64,000 bases of DNA from the sequence record PX930851.1. The stretch is one strand, 5' to 3'. Origin of the DNA: a phage. The number at the start of each line of letters is the position of its first letter. Position 1 is the stretch's first letter. Positions 9,176 through 18,805 of the stretch are shown in pieces. Below the pieces are notes generated by a model. It did not search any database, had not been told where the DNA came from, and saw only the letters and a program-made list of their open reading frames with translations. Position numbers and translations under genes: made by a program.

Positions 9176-10989
9176 TGGTGTTTAACCCTATGCATGATTT
9201 CTTTATTTTTTCCAAGATTAAATCCGCGTTCATTCGGATTTCCCAAATAGCCACAAGTTCTTCTTATTGTGTTCATCTTTTTAGGATCAGTTTCTCCACA
9301 AATAGAACAAACAAACCCGTTTTCAGTAGGAGTCATTTCATGGGTACTTCCACACGTAAAACATTTATCTACTGGCATGTTAACACCAAAATAATCTAAA
9401 TGTTGTGCAGCATAATCCCATACAGCCTCAAGACCTTTTAAGTTATTTTTCATATCAGGAAGTTCAACATAAGAAATGTGACCACCTGTTGCAATGAAAT
9501 GATATGGGGCTTCGCGAGAAATCTTTTCAAACGGGGTGATATTTTCTTCTACTGAAACGTGGAAACTGTTAGTGTACCAGCCTTTATCAGTAACATCCTT
9601 TACACTTCCATATTTTTCGGTATCAAGTTTACAGAAGCGATAACAAAGGTTTTCAGCAGGAGTAGAATACAAGCTAAAAGCAAAACCGGTTCTTTCAGTC
9701 CACTGCTTAAGACGAGCATTCATTTTAGTTAAAATTTCTTGTCCAATATCACGACCGGCAAGAATATTCAATTCGTGAATACCAATGTATCCTAAGGACA
9801 CTGAACTTCTACCGTTTTTAAATAACTCAATTATGTCGTCATCAGGTTTAAGACGAACCCCAAATGCACCTTCTTGGTAAAGAATAGGAGCAACAGTCGC
9901 TTTAACTCCTTTTAAGGAACTAATTCTGCACATCAAAGCTTCAAAACATAAATCCATTCGTTCATTGAACAATTCGATAAATTTCTGTTCATTGAACTGT
10001 GTTCCAATATAAGAATCTAACGCGATGCGAGGAAGATTCAGTGTTACAACACCAAGATTATTACGTCCATCAAGAATTTCATTACCGGTTGAATCTTTCC
10101 ACACACTCAAGAAACTGCTGCAACCCATTGTAGAAACAGGAATAGATGAGCCGGTGATAGCTTTATTGTTCTTAGCTGAAATAATATCAGGATACATTCT
10201 TTTGCTTGCGCACTCTAGAGCAAGCTGTTTAATATCATAGTTCGGATCGTCTTTATAAAGATTAACACCTTCTTCAACAAACATAACAAGCTTAGGGAAA
10301 ATAGGAGTTATCCCATCACGACCAAGACCTTTAATACGATTTTTCAGAATTGCTTTCTGAATCATTCGTTCAGTCCAGTCAGTTCCTGTACCAAATGTAA
10401 TTGTTACAAAAGGTGTTTGTCCGTTTGAACTAAAGAGAGTATTTACTTCATATTCATAAGCTTGGAATGCATCGTATACATCTTTTTCTGTTTTAGATTG
10501 AGCATAATTCAACGCATCAGCGATTTGCCATTTTTCTGCATCCTCAATATGTTTTGCATAGGTGCGTTTAACATAAGGAGAAAGTACTTTATCTACATTA
10601 GCAAAAGTCGTTCCGCCATATTGGTGAGAAGCAACCTGTGCAGTAATTTGTGCCATAATTGCAGTAGCAACACCGATTGATTTAGGAGTTTCAATCTGTG
10701 CATTACCAAGCTTAAATCCGTTCTCAAGCATTCCTTTTAAATCTACTAAACAACAATTAGTAAATGGAAGAGCAGGGGAATAATCAATATCATGGAAATG
10801 GATAATTCCGCTTTCATGCGCTTTCATAATAAAAGACGGGACCATATTTTTGGCAATGTGTTTAGACACAATACCAGCCATAAGGTCCCGTTGAGTTGGA
10901 AAAACACGAGAATCTTTATTAGCATTCTCGTTTAAAAGGTCTTTATTAGTTTTATGAATCAATCCTTCAATTTCTTTTTCAATTGTCAT
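9172..10989 (-). CDS. nrdD: anaerobic ribonucleoside-triphosphate reductase (glycyl radical enzyme), intronless
   Basis: 605 aa; C-terminal Zn ribbon CFTCGS...CSICGE and glycyl radical motif RTCGYLG; one uninterrupted ORF. Confidence 0.93.
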   Translation of the reverse strand: MTIEKEIEGLIHKTNKDLLNENANKDSRVFPTQRDLMAGIVSKHIAKNMVPSFIMKAHESGIIHFHDIDYSPALPFTNCCLVDLKGMLENGFKLGNAQIETPKSIGVATAIMAQITAQVASHQYGGTTFANVDKVLSPYVKRTYAKHIEDAEKWQIADALNYAQSKTEKDVYDAFQAYEYEVNTLFSSNGQTPFVTITFGTGTDWTERMIQKAILKNRIKGLGRDGITPIFPKLVMFVEEGVNLYKDDPNYDIKQLALECASKRMYPDIISAKNNKAITGSSIPVSTMGCSSFLSVWKDSTGNEILDGRNNLGVVTLNLPRIALDSYIGTQFNEQKFIELFNERMDLCFEALMCRISSLKGVKATVAPILYQEGAFGVRLKPDDDIIELFKNGRSSVSLGYIGIHELNILAGRDIGQEILTKMNARLKQWTERTGFAFSLYSTPAENLCYRFCKLDTEKYGSVKDVTDKGWYTNSFHVSVEENITPFEKISREAPYHFIATGGHISYVELPDMKNNLKGLEAVWDYAAQHLDYFGVNMPVDKCFTCGSTHEMTPTENGFVCSICGETDPKKMNTIRRTCGYLGNPNERGFNLGKNKEIMHRVKHQ

Positions 10990-11459
10990 TTTAAACTCTT
11001 TCTAAGCTGCTTCTTGAATGAAGCTATTAATTGTGTTTTGGTGTCAGATTCATTATATTCAAATCCTCTTTGAAGCATCTCGGCCATCATTTCCTCTTTT
11101 CCTAAACGAGAAAATTCCTTTGATTTATCTCCAACGAAGTTAGGGTGAATATTATTTTGGGTGTAATCGGATTTTAAATAAGTAAGTAAATTTTCTAACC
11201 ATTCAAGATAATCAACACCTTGTCCCTTTAAGCCAGAACGATTAAATTTATGCTTCATTTGACCTTCTGCGGCATTGCAGAGATTACAGAGCAATCCACG
11301 TACCTTTCCTGCTTTTGGTCCATTTAATTCATGGTCATGGTCGAGGTGATTAGCTTGAACGTCAGGATTTAGTTCTCGTTGGCAAATTAAGCATTTACCA
11401 TTTTGTGCATCATAAAATTTCTGTTTTTCTTCTTTATATAATTTGCCAGTCAATAACAT
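10986..11459 (-). CDS. 49: endonuclease VII (Holliday junction resolvase)
   Basis: 157 aa; MLLTGKLYKEE... with Cys/His cluster CLICQ...HLDHDHE...CNLCN; upstream RBS-sequestering hairpin as known for T4 gene 49. Confidence 0.9.
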   Translation of the reverse strand: MLLTGKLYKEEKQKFYDAQNGKCLICQRELNPDVQANHLDHDHELNGPKAGKVRGLLCNLCNAAEGQMKHKFNRSGLKGQGVDYLEWLENLLTYLKSDYTQNNIHPNFVGDKSKEFSRLGKEEMMAEMLQRGFEYNESDTKTQLIASFKKQLRKSLK

Positions 11460-11465
11460 AATAAA

Positions 11466-11490
11466 ACCCTTACCTTAAATAGATAAGGGT
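11466..11490 (-). promoter_or_regulatory. RBS-sequestering hairpin upstream of gene 49
   Basis: 7-bp stem ACCCTTA/TAAGGGT; 3' arm contains the AAGGG Shine-Dalgarno 6 nt before the ATG. Confidence 0.55.
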
Positions 11491-11501
11491 ATTTATTATT
11501 T

Positions 11502-11987
11502 TCAAGTATTGTAAAACATTTGATTCAATCGCTTATATTGCCGAATCTTTTGGTCAGAAAAAGAAATTTGGGTTTCAAGCCATTCAATATATTCTGCCGC
11601 AGCTTGCATCAAATTTCCTTCATAGCCATCGTTATTTTCTTGTGCAGCTAATTTAGCTAATGCGTACGGAATACGTTCACCTTGAAAATCGGCTTTAGGC
11701 TTCTGAACAACTTGATTAGTTCTCTCTACAACTTCCTCGATTTCACCATTTTCTACTGATTCAGTATTCCACAAGCACCAATACGCAGTTGGCTTATCGT
11801 AGATGTTAATAATCTTTCCATCAGAAAGTTCAATTTCAATAATTCCAGTATCAGGTTCTATATCATCTTCACATTCTTTTACAAGTTCACGAACTTTAAA
11901 GACAGTACCTGCACTAAGTTCCGGCCAGTAATTACATAGCTCTTTATCAGCACGATTAATTCTAAACCACTTATCTACTGTAATCAT
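11502..11987 (-). CDS. hypothetical protein, 161 aa, at the position of T4 pin
   Basis: start moved to ATG 11987 (MITVDKW...); identity by synteny and length only. Confidence 0.5.
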   Translation of the reverse strand: MITVDKWFRINRADKELCNYWPELSAGTVFKVRELVKECEDDIEPDTGIIEIELSDGKIINIYDKPTAYWCLWNTESVENGEIEEVVERTNQVVQKPKADFQGERIPYALAKLAAQENNDGYEGNLMQAAAEYIEWLETQISFSDQKIRQYKRLNQMFYNT

Positions 11988-12141
11988 GTCCCATCTCCAT
12001 ATCAATTAAGTCATTTATCGTTGGTTCATTATACATCGTTTCTTCATCAGTGTAAACCGGTTCTTCCGGCTCTGGCTCTACAGTTTCCCATCTAGCCGCC
12101 CACCAAGGTTTAACCCCGAAGCTTATTAAGTTCTTCATCAT
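11971..12141 (-). CDS. small ORF, 56 aa
   Basis: below track cutoff; overlaps neighbours by short overlaps. Confidence 0.3.
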   Translation of the reverse strand: MMKNLISFGVKPWWAARWETVEPEPEEPVYTDEETMYNEPTINDLIDMEMGHDYSR

Positions 12142-12280
12142 CAATCCAGGATTCTAGTCCTGTTGGCAGGTCACATTCAATTTCCCAAAGAAGTTCTTCA
12201 ATTTTCTGAAGACGATCTAGTTCTTCGGCTGGAATAGTAACCATTGACGGAGTTCGTGATACATTAATATCGTAAATCAT
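12110..12280 (-). CDS. small acidic ORF, 56 aa
   Basis: below track cutoff; ATG 12280. Confidence 0.3.
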   Translation of the reverse strand: MIYDINVSRTPSMVTIPAEELDRLQKIEELLWEIECDLPTGLESWIDDEELNKLRG

Positions 12281-12282
12281 AT

Positions 12283-12498
12283 TTACCCCAATTTAGCCAT
12301 ACAATCGCCGTATTTCCACTTAGAAATAGACTTTTCACCATTAGAATAATAAACTTCGAGTTTAGCACGATTATTTTTAATTTGAATAACCTTGGCTGTC
12401 ATCAAAGTTCCATACCCATAATAAACTGCAACTTCATCACCTACATATACCACGCTTCCGCGGTAATCGTGAATATAGTCAGTTCCTTCGAGCATCAT
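12283..12498 (-). CDS. hypothetical protein, 71 aa
   Basis: ORF track; overlaps nrdC stop. Confidence 0.5.
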   Translation of the reverse strand: MMLEGTDYIHDYRGSVVYVGDEVAVYYGYGTLMTAKVIQIKNNRAKLEVYYSNGEKSISKWKYGDCMAKLG

Positions 12499-12758
12499 TT
12501 AAAATATTCTCGCAGTTGGTCAAATCCACCAATATGACTTCCATCAGGAGCAAATACCTGGGGCATTGTCAAGCCGATTTGAGTATCACGACCTAGTTTA
12601 GTCAGAAGCTCAGCGATTTTCTCATCATCAAAAACACCTTTTTCCGGCATAATGTTGATAAATTCAAACGGCTGTTTCTTCACGGTCAAAAGACGTTTTG
12701 CATTATCACAATACACACATTTATGAATGTTGCTATCATAACCATATACTTTAAACAT
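12495..12758 (-). CDS. nrdC: thioredoxin/glutaredoxin
   Basis: 87 aa; MFKVYGYDSNIHKCVYCDNAK... with CVYC active site as recalled for T4 thioredoxin. Confidence 0.85.
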   Translation of the reverse strand: MFKVYGYDSNIHKCVYCDNAKRLLTVKKQPFEFINIMPEKGVFDDEKIAELLTKLGRDTQIGLTMPQVFAPDGSHIGGFDQLREYFK

Positions 12759-12759
12759 A

Positions 12760-13002
12760 TTATTCCTTAATTCCTAGTACTTGTTTAAAAGTCTCGTCGT
12801 AATCAAGACTTTGGCACGTTTGTTCTTTATGTTTGTATATAATATCACTTACTTCTGATAGCATATTTTTATATGAACGAGTTAAAGCAGATTTAAGCAC
12901 GCTGTATCTATCAGGAAATTTACCGTGTTCATTATAATAAGCTATTGCTAATTCACGGACTGCCTTTTCAGCAGTCTCCATATATTCTTTACGCTTGGTC
13001 AT
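12760..13002 (-). CDS. hypothetical protein, 80 aa
   Basis: ORF track. Confidence 0.5.
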   Translation of the reverse strand: MTKRKEYMETAEKAVRELAIAYYNEHGKFPDRYSVLKSALTRSYKNMLSEVSDIIYKHKEQTCQSLDYDETFKQVLGIKE

Positions 13003-13004
13003 TT

Positions 13005-13394
13005 TTAATCCAAAATATTATTAGGCATTGGTTGAACACTCACAAGTTCTTTAAAGAACTCAGTAGAGTCAGGCAATTTAACCATTTCCGGAGCATGCTT
13101 ACTGAATTTATGTTTACATTGACGGCATTTATATTCAAGCTCTGGTTTACGCCAGTTAATCAACTGAACTTGTTCAGTACCGCATTCAGGGCAATTAGGA
13201 ACGTTTTTAGAAGCTCTTTCACGTCGTTCAACCATAGCCATAATAGCATCCCATGCTGGAGGTTTAAAATCTAAATCGTCGCAGCCGTGAATCTTTCCAC
13301 GCATTTCCATATCATCTTCCTCACCAGCCATAATAATTTTAATTAAACTGGAATTACTTGAAGCTGCAATGTCTTCTAATAAACGCTTTTTCAT
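13005..13394 (-). CDS. zinc-ribbon protein, 129 aa
   Basis: CPECG...CRQC four-Cys motif. Confidence 0.55.
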   Translation of the reverse strand: MKKRLLEDIAASSNSSLIKIIMAGEEDDMEMRGKIHGCDDLDFKPPAWDAIMAMVERRERASKNVPNCPECGTEQVQLINWRKPELEYKCRQCKHKFSKHAPEMVKLPDSTEFFKELVSVQPMPNNILD

Positions 13395-14317
13395 TTCAAT
13401 ACCTCAATAGCATTACGTAAACCATGTGCTTTGGCGGTTAAAGCCTTAAGAACTTTAGTATGCTCTTCAATTTGTTTTTCAACTTCAATCAAACGAGCAT
13501 TGAGATATTCGTGTTCTTCTTTCATAGTATCATTTCCATGATTGGATTTTGGTGTAGGTTTAAATTCACTAGGGTCTTTTAATTTAATAACAAATTTAGT
13601 TTCAAACAGTGAAAGACCATAATTCGTATTATCATCAAAGGATTTGACTACATCCATATCAGATAATAACACGCGCAAATTATAAGCCAAAGAACTAATA
13701 GTTTCATTGTGTTTATTAGCTTCGCGTGGTTTCATATACGGAAGATTTTTATATATCTCATGCGGAGCGCAAACGATAATTGACAATTCAAATTGTCCAT
13801 TCTGGGACGATGGAATGAATTTAGCCGTAACCCAGTCTTTTACATTCACATTAATAGTACGGTTATCACCATGACAAAACAGTCTACGAGAATGCTTAAA
13901 AAGCATATTCACGTTATTATTGAATTCGTGTGAAAATTCACTAGCAAATTTTTCTTTACTATCTTTAGAAAACCATTCTTCTAAATAAGTTCTTTTCACG
14001 TCATTAATAATATTAAATGTAACAACACTAGCATTTGATACATTAGTCTTAATGTAGCTTGGATACATAAATTTTTTAACATTATTAACAGCTATCACAG
14101 AAGATAGTAATCGGGAACGTTTGAACCACTCGAGCAAAGAACCAAGAGAATGTGAATACGCATTTTGTGTATCTTTACAAATATGGTTTTCCCATCCAAT
14201 ATAGTCTAAAAAATCACGAAGAATATTATTGATTACTGCTCTGTGTCCAATCTGATAATTACGATGTTTAGTAATAAGACTGTCAAAATAATCAATATAA
14301 TGTTTACGAGTTTTCAT
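13391..14317 (-). CDS. hypothetical protein, 308 aa; paralog family member 1 with C-terminal coiled coil
   Basis: ATG 14317; C-terminal heptad-like [31 protein letters not shown]; shared mid-protein motif with three downstream neighbours. Confidence 0.6.
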   Translation of the reverse strand: MKTRKHYIDYFDSLITKHRNYQIGHRAVINNILRDFLDYIGWENHICKDTQNAYSHSLGSLLEWFKRSRLLSSVIAVNNVKKFMYPSYIKTNVSNASVVTFNIINDVKRTYLEEWFSKDSKEKFASEFSHEFNNNVNMLFKHSRRLFCHGDNRTINVNVKDWVTAKFIPSSQNGQFELSIIVCAPHEIYKNLPYMKPREANKHNETISSLAYNLRVLLSDMDVVKSFDDNTNYGLSLFETKFVIKLKDPSEFKPTPKSNHGNDTMKEEHEYLNARLIEVEKQIEEHTKVLKALTAKAHGLRNAIEVLK

Positions 14318-14369
14318 GTTCTTCTCACTTGGTTAATGATTTATACTCCGAGCCATCCTTGGCTTTAAA

Positions 14370-15371
14370 TTACTTAATTAACTGTAAAGCTTGTTCCAGA
14401 CGATCAAGACGATTAACAGATTCTTCCCAAATCCTTTTAGCCTGCTTATATTCTTTCTGCGCTTTATTAGAAATTTCTAGAACTTCTTTATAAGCTTTTT
14501 CTAGTGCAATAACTTCTGGACGAATTTCTACCGGTTCAGGTGAATCATCAAGATTATCCATTAGTTCCTCAAGGGTAGTTTCTTCTTTAGGAGTATTCAC
14601 AATTTCATCACATTTTTGTTGATAAATTTCTTTATCAGTAGGTGAGTACGCGCACTTTACTTCACGAAGACTAATTACAATTTTATATCCTTCCCAACCA
14701 CCCATATTTTTGAAAGGATATGTATGAATACTTTTTACAGTTTCCATACAATCCAAAGCCGTCTCTAATTGATGAGTTATAGTGCTAGCAATTGAGAAAA
14801 ATTTATTAATATTCTTTTGGTTAGCTTCTGGTGTAAAAAATTCATAATTCACAAAAATAGCTGCTTTATTTTTATCGAGTTCATATTCTTTTATGATAAT
14901 CATATCAGAAGCCAAAGGATGAATTTGACGATAATCGCCATAACATAATTTAGAAGCTGATTTTAGAATTTGCTTTTTGAAAAGTCTGAAATTACTAATC
15001 CAACGACGAGTAAAAATATTCTTAGGGTCTTCTTTGATATTAAGATGATAAGAATTAACATCACCGAACCAATTGTATCCTATTACACCTTTAGTTCGTT
15101 TAATTTCTTTCCCAAAATTACCAAGAATATCCCGATTAACCAAATATGAAAGAAGACGAGACCCTTTAAAGATTATCTTAATATCATCTTTATCTACACG
15201 GCTAGAAATTTCACGAACTTCATGAATAAATTTACTGGAAGAAACAATACTTGCATCAATACTGCTGAGCCATTGATTGATAATAGAAAGAACAGCGTTC
15301 TGACTAGACATGGGTTTAACTTTATCATCAATAACGCTATTGAATGATTTGATATATTCGTTACGAGTCAT
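14370..15371 (-). CDS. hypothetical protein, ~333 aa; paralog family member 2
   Basis: start moved to ATG 15371 (downstream of early promoter, with GAGGAG RBS); C-terminal coiled coil. Confidence 0.6.
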   Translation of the reverse strand: MTRNEYIKSFNSVIDDKVKPMSSQNAVLSIINQWLSSIDASIVSSSKFIHEVREISSRVDKDDIKIIFKGSRLLSYLVNRDILGNFGKEIKRTKGVIGYNWFGDVNSYHLNIKEDPKNIFTRRWISNFRLFKKQILKSASKLCYGDYRQIHPLASDMIIIKEYELDKNKAAIFVNYEFFTPEANQKNINKFFSIASTITHQLETALDCMETVKSIHTYPFKNMGGWEGYKIVISLREVKCAYSPTDKEIYQQKCDEIVNTPKEETTLEELMDNLDDSPEPVEIRPEVIALEKAYKEVLEISNKAQKEYKQAKRIWEESVNRLDRLEQALQLIK

Positions 15372-15399
15372 ATTAATCTCCTCAGTAGAAAGTAAGAAC

Positions 15400-15429
15400 A
15401 TTATACCACATCCTTGTGGTAAAGTAAAC
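15400..15429 (-). promoter_or_regulatory. phage early promoter
   Basis: -35 GTTTAC, 18-nt spacer, TGTGGTATAAT. Confidence 0.6.
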
Positions 15430-16448
15430 TAGTTTAGTGCGTTTAGTGCGTTGTTCAGTTTAGAACGTTGCTTCGTGAGATTTTTGACTTTTTCTTGTGC
15501 TTTTTCTAGCATCTTTTCAGCTTCTAACACTTCATTGGTCGCTTTAACGAGTTCATCATCTACTGCCTTAAGGGACTTCTCAATCGCATCCGCGTGCCAT
15601 TTTTCAACAGGTTTAAGACTCGGATTTTCAATAGGAAGAAAATTCACTTTATTGAATTTCCATGCATCCTTATTACCTGAGCTATACATCCAAAATTTAG
15701 GATCGTTTGATGAGCAATTAGATAAATTTAAGTTATCTTGCACTTCCTGCTTTTTCTCTTGCGTGACTTCGTCCTTTCTCAAAAAATCGTATTTAAATGA
15801 AACGATCATATCAAGTTCATACGTTGTTGTGTCTAATTTAAATCGTTCAAAACGAGGTAAAATCTTAGACTGAACAGCGGCAACAACATCCATATACTTA
15901 AATGCTTCTGTCAACTGTGATTTAAGGCATTCACAAATTGAAAGAGAATTTTTTGTATTAGGTTTAAAGCTAATTCGTGCAGTTCTATTATTTTCTTTTA
16001 ATGGTCTTACTTCCATCTGAAGAGTATAACCATCAAATTTCAGATTCTTTAAGTTAATATCAGAACCTTTTAATCGACTAGCAGTAGACAAAATTTGCTT
16101 TAATTGTTTACGGAATAGAGCAATAAATCTCCATTCAAGACGATAATGATTTGGATTAAAAAATCCTGTTGATAAATCGACCTTACTCTGACCAACGCCT
16201 TGAACAAATAGAGGATTTTTATAATCAATAGTTTTACAGAAATCGGTGAGCTGTTCGCGAGCAGTCATTTGCGTAATATATCCAGCTTTATCAAAATGTC
16301 GCAGCCATTCACTGCTATTCATATACTTAAAGTGAATATCACGATTAACTTTATCAGGGTCTAAATTATTTTGGCACAAAAATGTCATAACATTACGGGT
16401 ATAGCTGGCATTACGAACCATATCTTCAATTTGAGAACGAGTTTTCAT
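15429..16448 (-). CDS. hypothetical protein, 339 aa; paralog family member 3
   Basis: ATG 16448 with AAGGAA RBS; motif FRKQLKQILSTASRL resembles member 2 FKKQILKSASKL; C-terminal coiled coil. Confidence 0.6.
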   Translation of the reverse strand: MKTRSQIEDMVRNASYTRNVMTFLCQNNLDPDKVNRDIHFKYMNSSEWLRHFDKAGYITQMTAREQLTDFCKTIDYKNPLFVQGVGQSKVDLSTGFFNPNHYRLEWRFIALFRKQLKQILSTASRLKGSDINLKNLKFDGYTLQMEVRPLKENNRTARISFKPNTKNSLSICECLKSQLTEAFKYMDVVAAVQSKILPRFERFKLDTTTYELDMIVSFKYDFLRKDEVTQEKKQEVQDNLNLSNCSSNDPKFWMYSSGNKDAWKFNKVNFLPIENPSLKPVEKWHADAIEKSLKAVDDELVKATNEVLEAEKMLEKAQEKVKNLTKQRSKLNNALNALN

Positions 16449-16456
16449 AGTGTTCC

Positions 16457-17344
16457 TTAAGATTTAAGTAAATCAACAATTTTAATTAATTTTTCACGTT
16501 CAGATTTAGCTTTACTACTCAGTCCAGATAGTCTGAAAATTTCATCGTCATATTGTTGAATAGAAATATTCAGCTCTTCAATTTGCTTATTAAAATAATC
16601 AATTTGTTCAGAATGTTTTTCGTTACTACGAACTGGTACAGGTTTTGTAGGCAATTTAGTTAAACTGGATTCATCCGGGCGATAAATTAAAATACAATTT
16701 GAACCAATCGGGCATTTTGCACCAGACGAATATTCTAATGTTCCGGCTTCTTTTAAAACTTCAAAAGCTAAACAGAGATGATGCCCCATATTAACATAAT
16801 CTGTAGAGCGAGCTCTGACGTAATAATCATCGCCGCGAATACTAAATTTAAAGCATTTAAGGTCTTCTGTATTATTGGTCTTAAAAATCATTTGTTTATC
16901 TAGACCTTTAGCTAATCGAGCGCCTAATGCTAATAATCGTCGTTGATTTTCCCACAAATCCTCAATCATTTGATCGAATGATAATTTTGGCATTAGTCGA
17001 CCATAAAGGTCATATCCTTTATTATAATTACGAAGGATTTCACTCGCGTTAATACGAGACAATGCTCCAATTTTATTAAGAGCTTTCATAATGCGATTAG
17101 ATAAACCCATTCCAGACCCGTTTGTTCGCTGTAAATGTTTTTCTAATCCAAATCCAATATCAACTTTAAATTTATCTAAAATTTCAGCATGAACATCTTT
17201 GTCAATAACATTCAAATCCAAAGTTGGGTTAAATCTATGAAAAAATTTATCTGGCTCTCCACGACGAAGTACAGTCCATTCATTCAATTTTTTATTAACT
17301 AAAGATTTAATTACTGCATTGACATTATTAATTACTACTGACAT
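16457..17344 (-). CDS. hypothetical protein, ~295 aa; paralog family member 4
   Basis: start moved to ATG 17344 (GAGGAAAAT RBS); C-terminal coiled coil. Confidence 0.6.
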   Translation of the reverse strand: MSVVINNVNAVIKSLVNKKLNEWTVLRRGEPDKFFHRFNPTLDLNVIDKDVHAEILDKFKVDIGFGLEKHLQRTNGSGMGLSNRIMKALNKIGALSRINASEILRNYNKGYDLYGRLMPKLSFDQMIEDLWENQRRLLALGARLAKGLDKQMIFKTNNTEDLKCFKFSIRGDDYYVRARSTDYVNMGHHLCLAFEVLKEAGTLEYSSGAKCPIGSNCILIYRPDESSLTKLPTKPVPVRSNEKHSEQIDYFNKQIEELNISIQQYDDEIFRLSGLSSKAKSEREKLIKIVDLLKS

Positions 17345-17351
17345 ATTTTCC

Positions 17352-17759
17352 TCACTCAATTTCAATTTTACTAAATATACAGAATAAGATGGAACAGACT
17401 ATATAAGCACCACACACAGATTGAACTAATACCATTCCAAAGAACCAAACAATATTATCAAACAATGTCTGTTTTACGTCGAAAGGACGTAAACTTACAG
17501 TAATATTATCACCTTTTTCTATTGAAGAATACATCTCTGGTGAAATATATTCGCTAAATCTATAACCGTCATTTAGTTCATATACAGCAATAAACGATAA
17601 ACTAGACCCCTTTCCTTGAGTTCCTGTAAAGGTATTAACTACAGTAACATCATAATCTTTATAATGCATATAATCATTAATTGCGTAATAACCATATGCA
17701 ATTACTATACATAAACAACATATCAATAAATTCAATCTTTTAATTATCAACTGTTTCAT
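17352..17759 (-). CDS. membrane protein, 135 aa (N- and C-terminal TM helices)
   Basis: hydrophobic segments LNLLICCLCIVIAYGYYAI and IVWFFGMVLVQSVCGAYIVCSILFCIF. Confidence 0.55.
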   Translation of the reverse strand: MKQLIIKRLNLLICCLCIVIAYGYYAINDYMHYKDYDVTVVNTFTGTQGKGSSLSFIAVYELNDGYRFSEYISPEMYSSIEKGDNITVSLRPFDVKQTLFDNIVWFFGMVLVQSVCGAYIVCSILFCIFSKIEIE

Positions 17760-17788
17760 AATAATCTCAATTAAAAGGGCTTAGAACC

Positions 17789-17813
17789 ATTATACCATCC
17801 TTGGTATAAAGCG
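17789..17813 (-). promoter_or_regulatory. candidate middle promoter (weak MotA box)
   Basis: GCTTTA, 12-nt spacer, extended -10 TGGTATAAT. Confidence 0.3.
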
Positions 17814-17814
17814 G

Positions 17815-18342
17815 TTATGCGAGTACCGTCTTTAACCGTTCTTCAAACTTCCGAAGAGTATTTTGGCGTTCAGCTCTTTGCTTTTTGTAAGTTTCAATAC
17901 GCTCTGAAATGAGAGTGTATCGTTCATTTACTGATTCTTTCATAAAATCAGGAATTTCACGAGAAGCTTTAATCTCATCAAATTTATCAATAACAGCTTG
18001 CTCTTCAGCAATTAAGTTATCATACATCAAAATATCTTTCTTGATGAACTCAATATCTTCTTGAGTTACACGAGATAATTTAGATGCTTTATCCTTTTTG
18101 TACTGTTCGTTAGTATCACGAGACCAGTGTAATGTACGATTTTTATTCGTGTTCTTGTAAATTTCTACAATACCAATCTCATCGATAATAACGATCCAAT
18201 TCCAACGAGATTTATAAATTTGTCCTCCATCAACTGTGATTTCACCTCCGATTGAGATGTCATTAAAGAACTTGCTTTGTGCTTCAGATTTAAATTTACC
18301 ATCATTGTAGTTTACCAAGTTGAAAATATCTTTAGCATTCAT
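17815..18342 (-). CDS. hypothetical protein, 175 aa
   Basis: start moved to ATG 18342 (downstream of early promoter; GGAGGAAC RBS). Confidence 0.55.
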   Translation of the reverse strand: MNAKDIFNLVNYNDGKFKSEAQSKFFNDISIGGEITVDGGQIYKSRWNWIVIIDEIGIVEIYKNTNKNRTLHWSRDTNEQYKKDKASKLSRVTQEDIEFIKKDILMYDNLIAEEQAVIDKFDEIKASREIPDFMKESVNERYTLISERIETYKKQRAERQNTLRKFEERLKTVLA

Positions 18343-18369
18343 TTTTGTTCCTCCGTAGTTGATAGTTGT

Positions 18370-18399
18370 ATAGTACCACAGAGGAACAGTCTTGTAAAC
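18370..18399 (-). promoter_or_regulatory. phage early promoter
   Basis: -35 GTTTAC, 18-nt spacer, TGTGGTACTAT; conserved leader CAACTATCAACTAC. Confidence 0.6.
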
Positions 18400-18401
18400 C
18401 A

Positions 18402-18704
18402 CTAAAAGAAACTTCTTTCACAATTTTTTCCACTGAACCAAGCGCTCACTGCTTTCTTAGTCTCAGGAGCAGTGTTATCCATAAACCATTCAAAGGCAGC
18501 CTTTTTATGATTCTGGAGGGCTTCTCGGGCTTTAATCTGCTCACGGTCTATTAACACTAACATATGAGCCTTTCTTGTCACCAGGGGCTTCTTATGATTT
18601 TTTGAATGCTCCCAATCATTTGTCCATCGCATCGTTGTTGCGAACTGAAATACTGCTTCTTTAATTTTAGTTTCGTAAATTTCACGAGCCTTTGAGTATA
18701 ACAT
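18402..18704 (-). CDS. hypothetical protein, ~100 aa
   Basis: ATG 18704 preceded by GGAGG. Confidence 0.5.
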   Translation of the reverse strand: MLYSKAREIYETKIKEAVFQFATTMRWTNDWEHSKNHKKPLVTRKAHMLVLIDREQIKAREALQNHKKAAFEWFMDNTAPETKKAVSAWFSGKNCERSFF

Positions 18705-18805
18705 CACTACCTCCATTTACCAGTTTAATTCTAGTCATCTTTTTGATGGCAGTCCATATAATCTATTTCTGAACTGCCTTTTTATCTTAGAAGGCCTCTT
18801 ATGAA

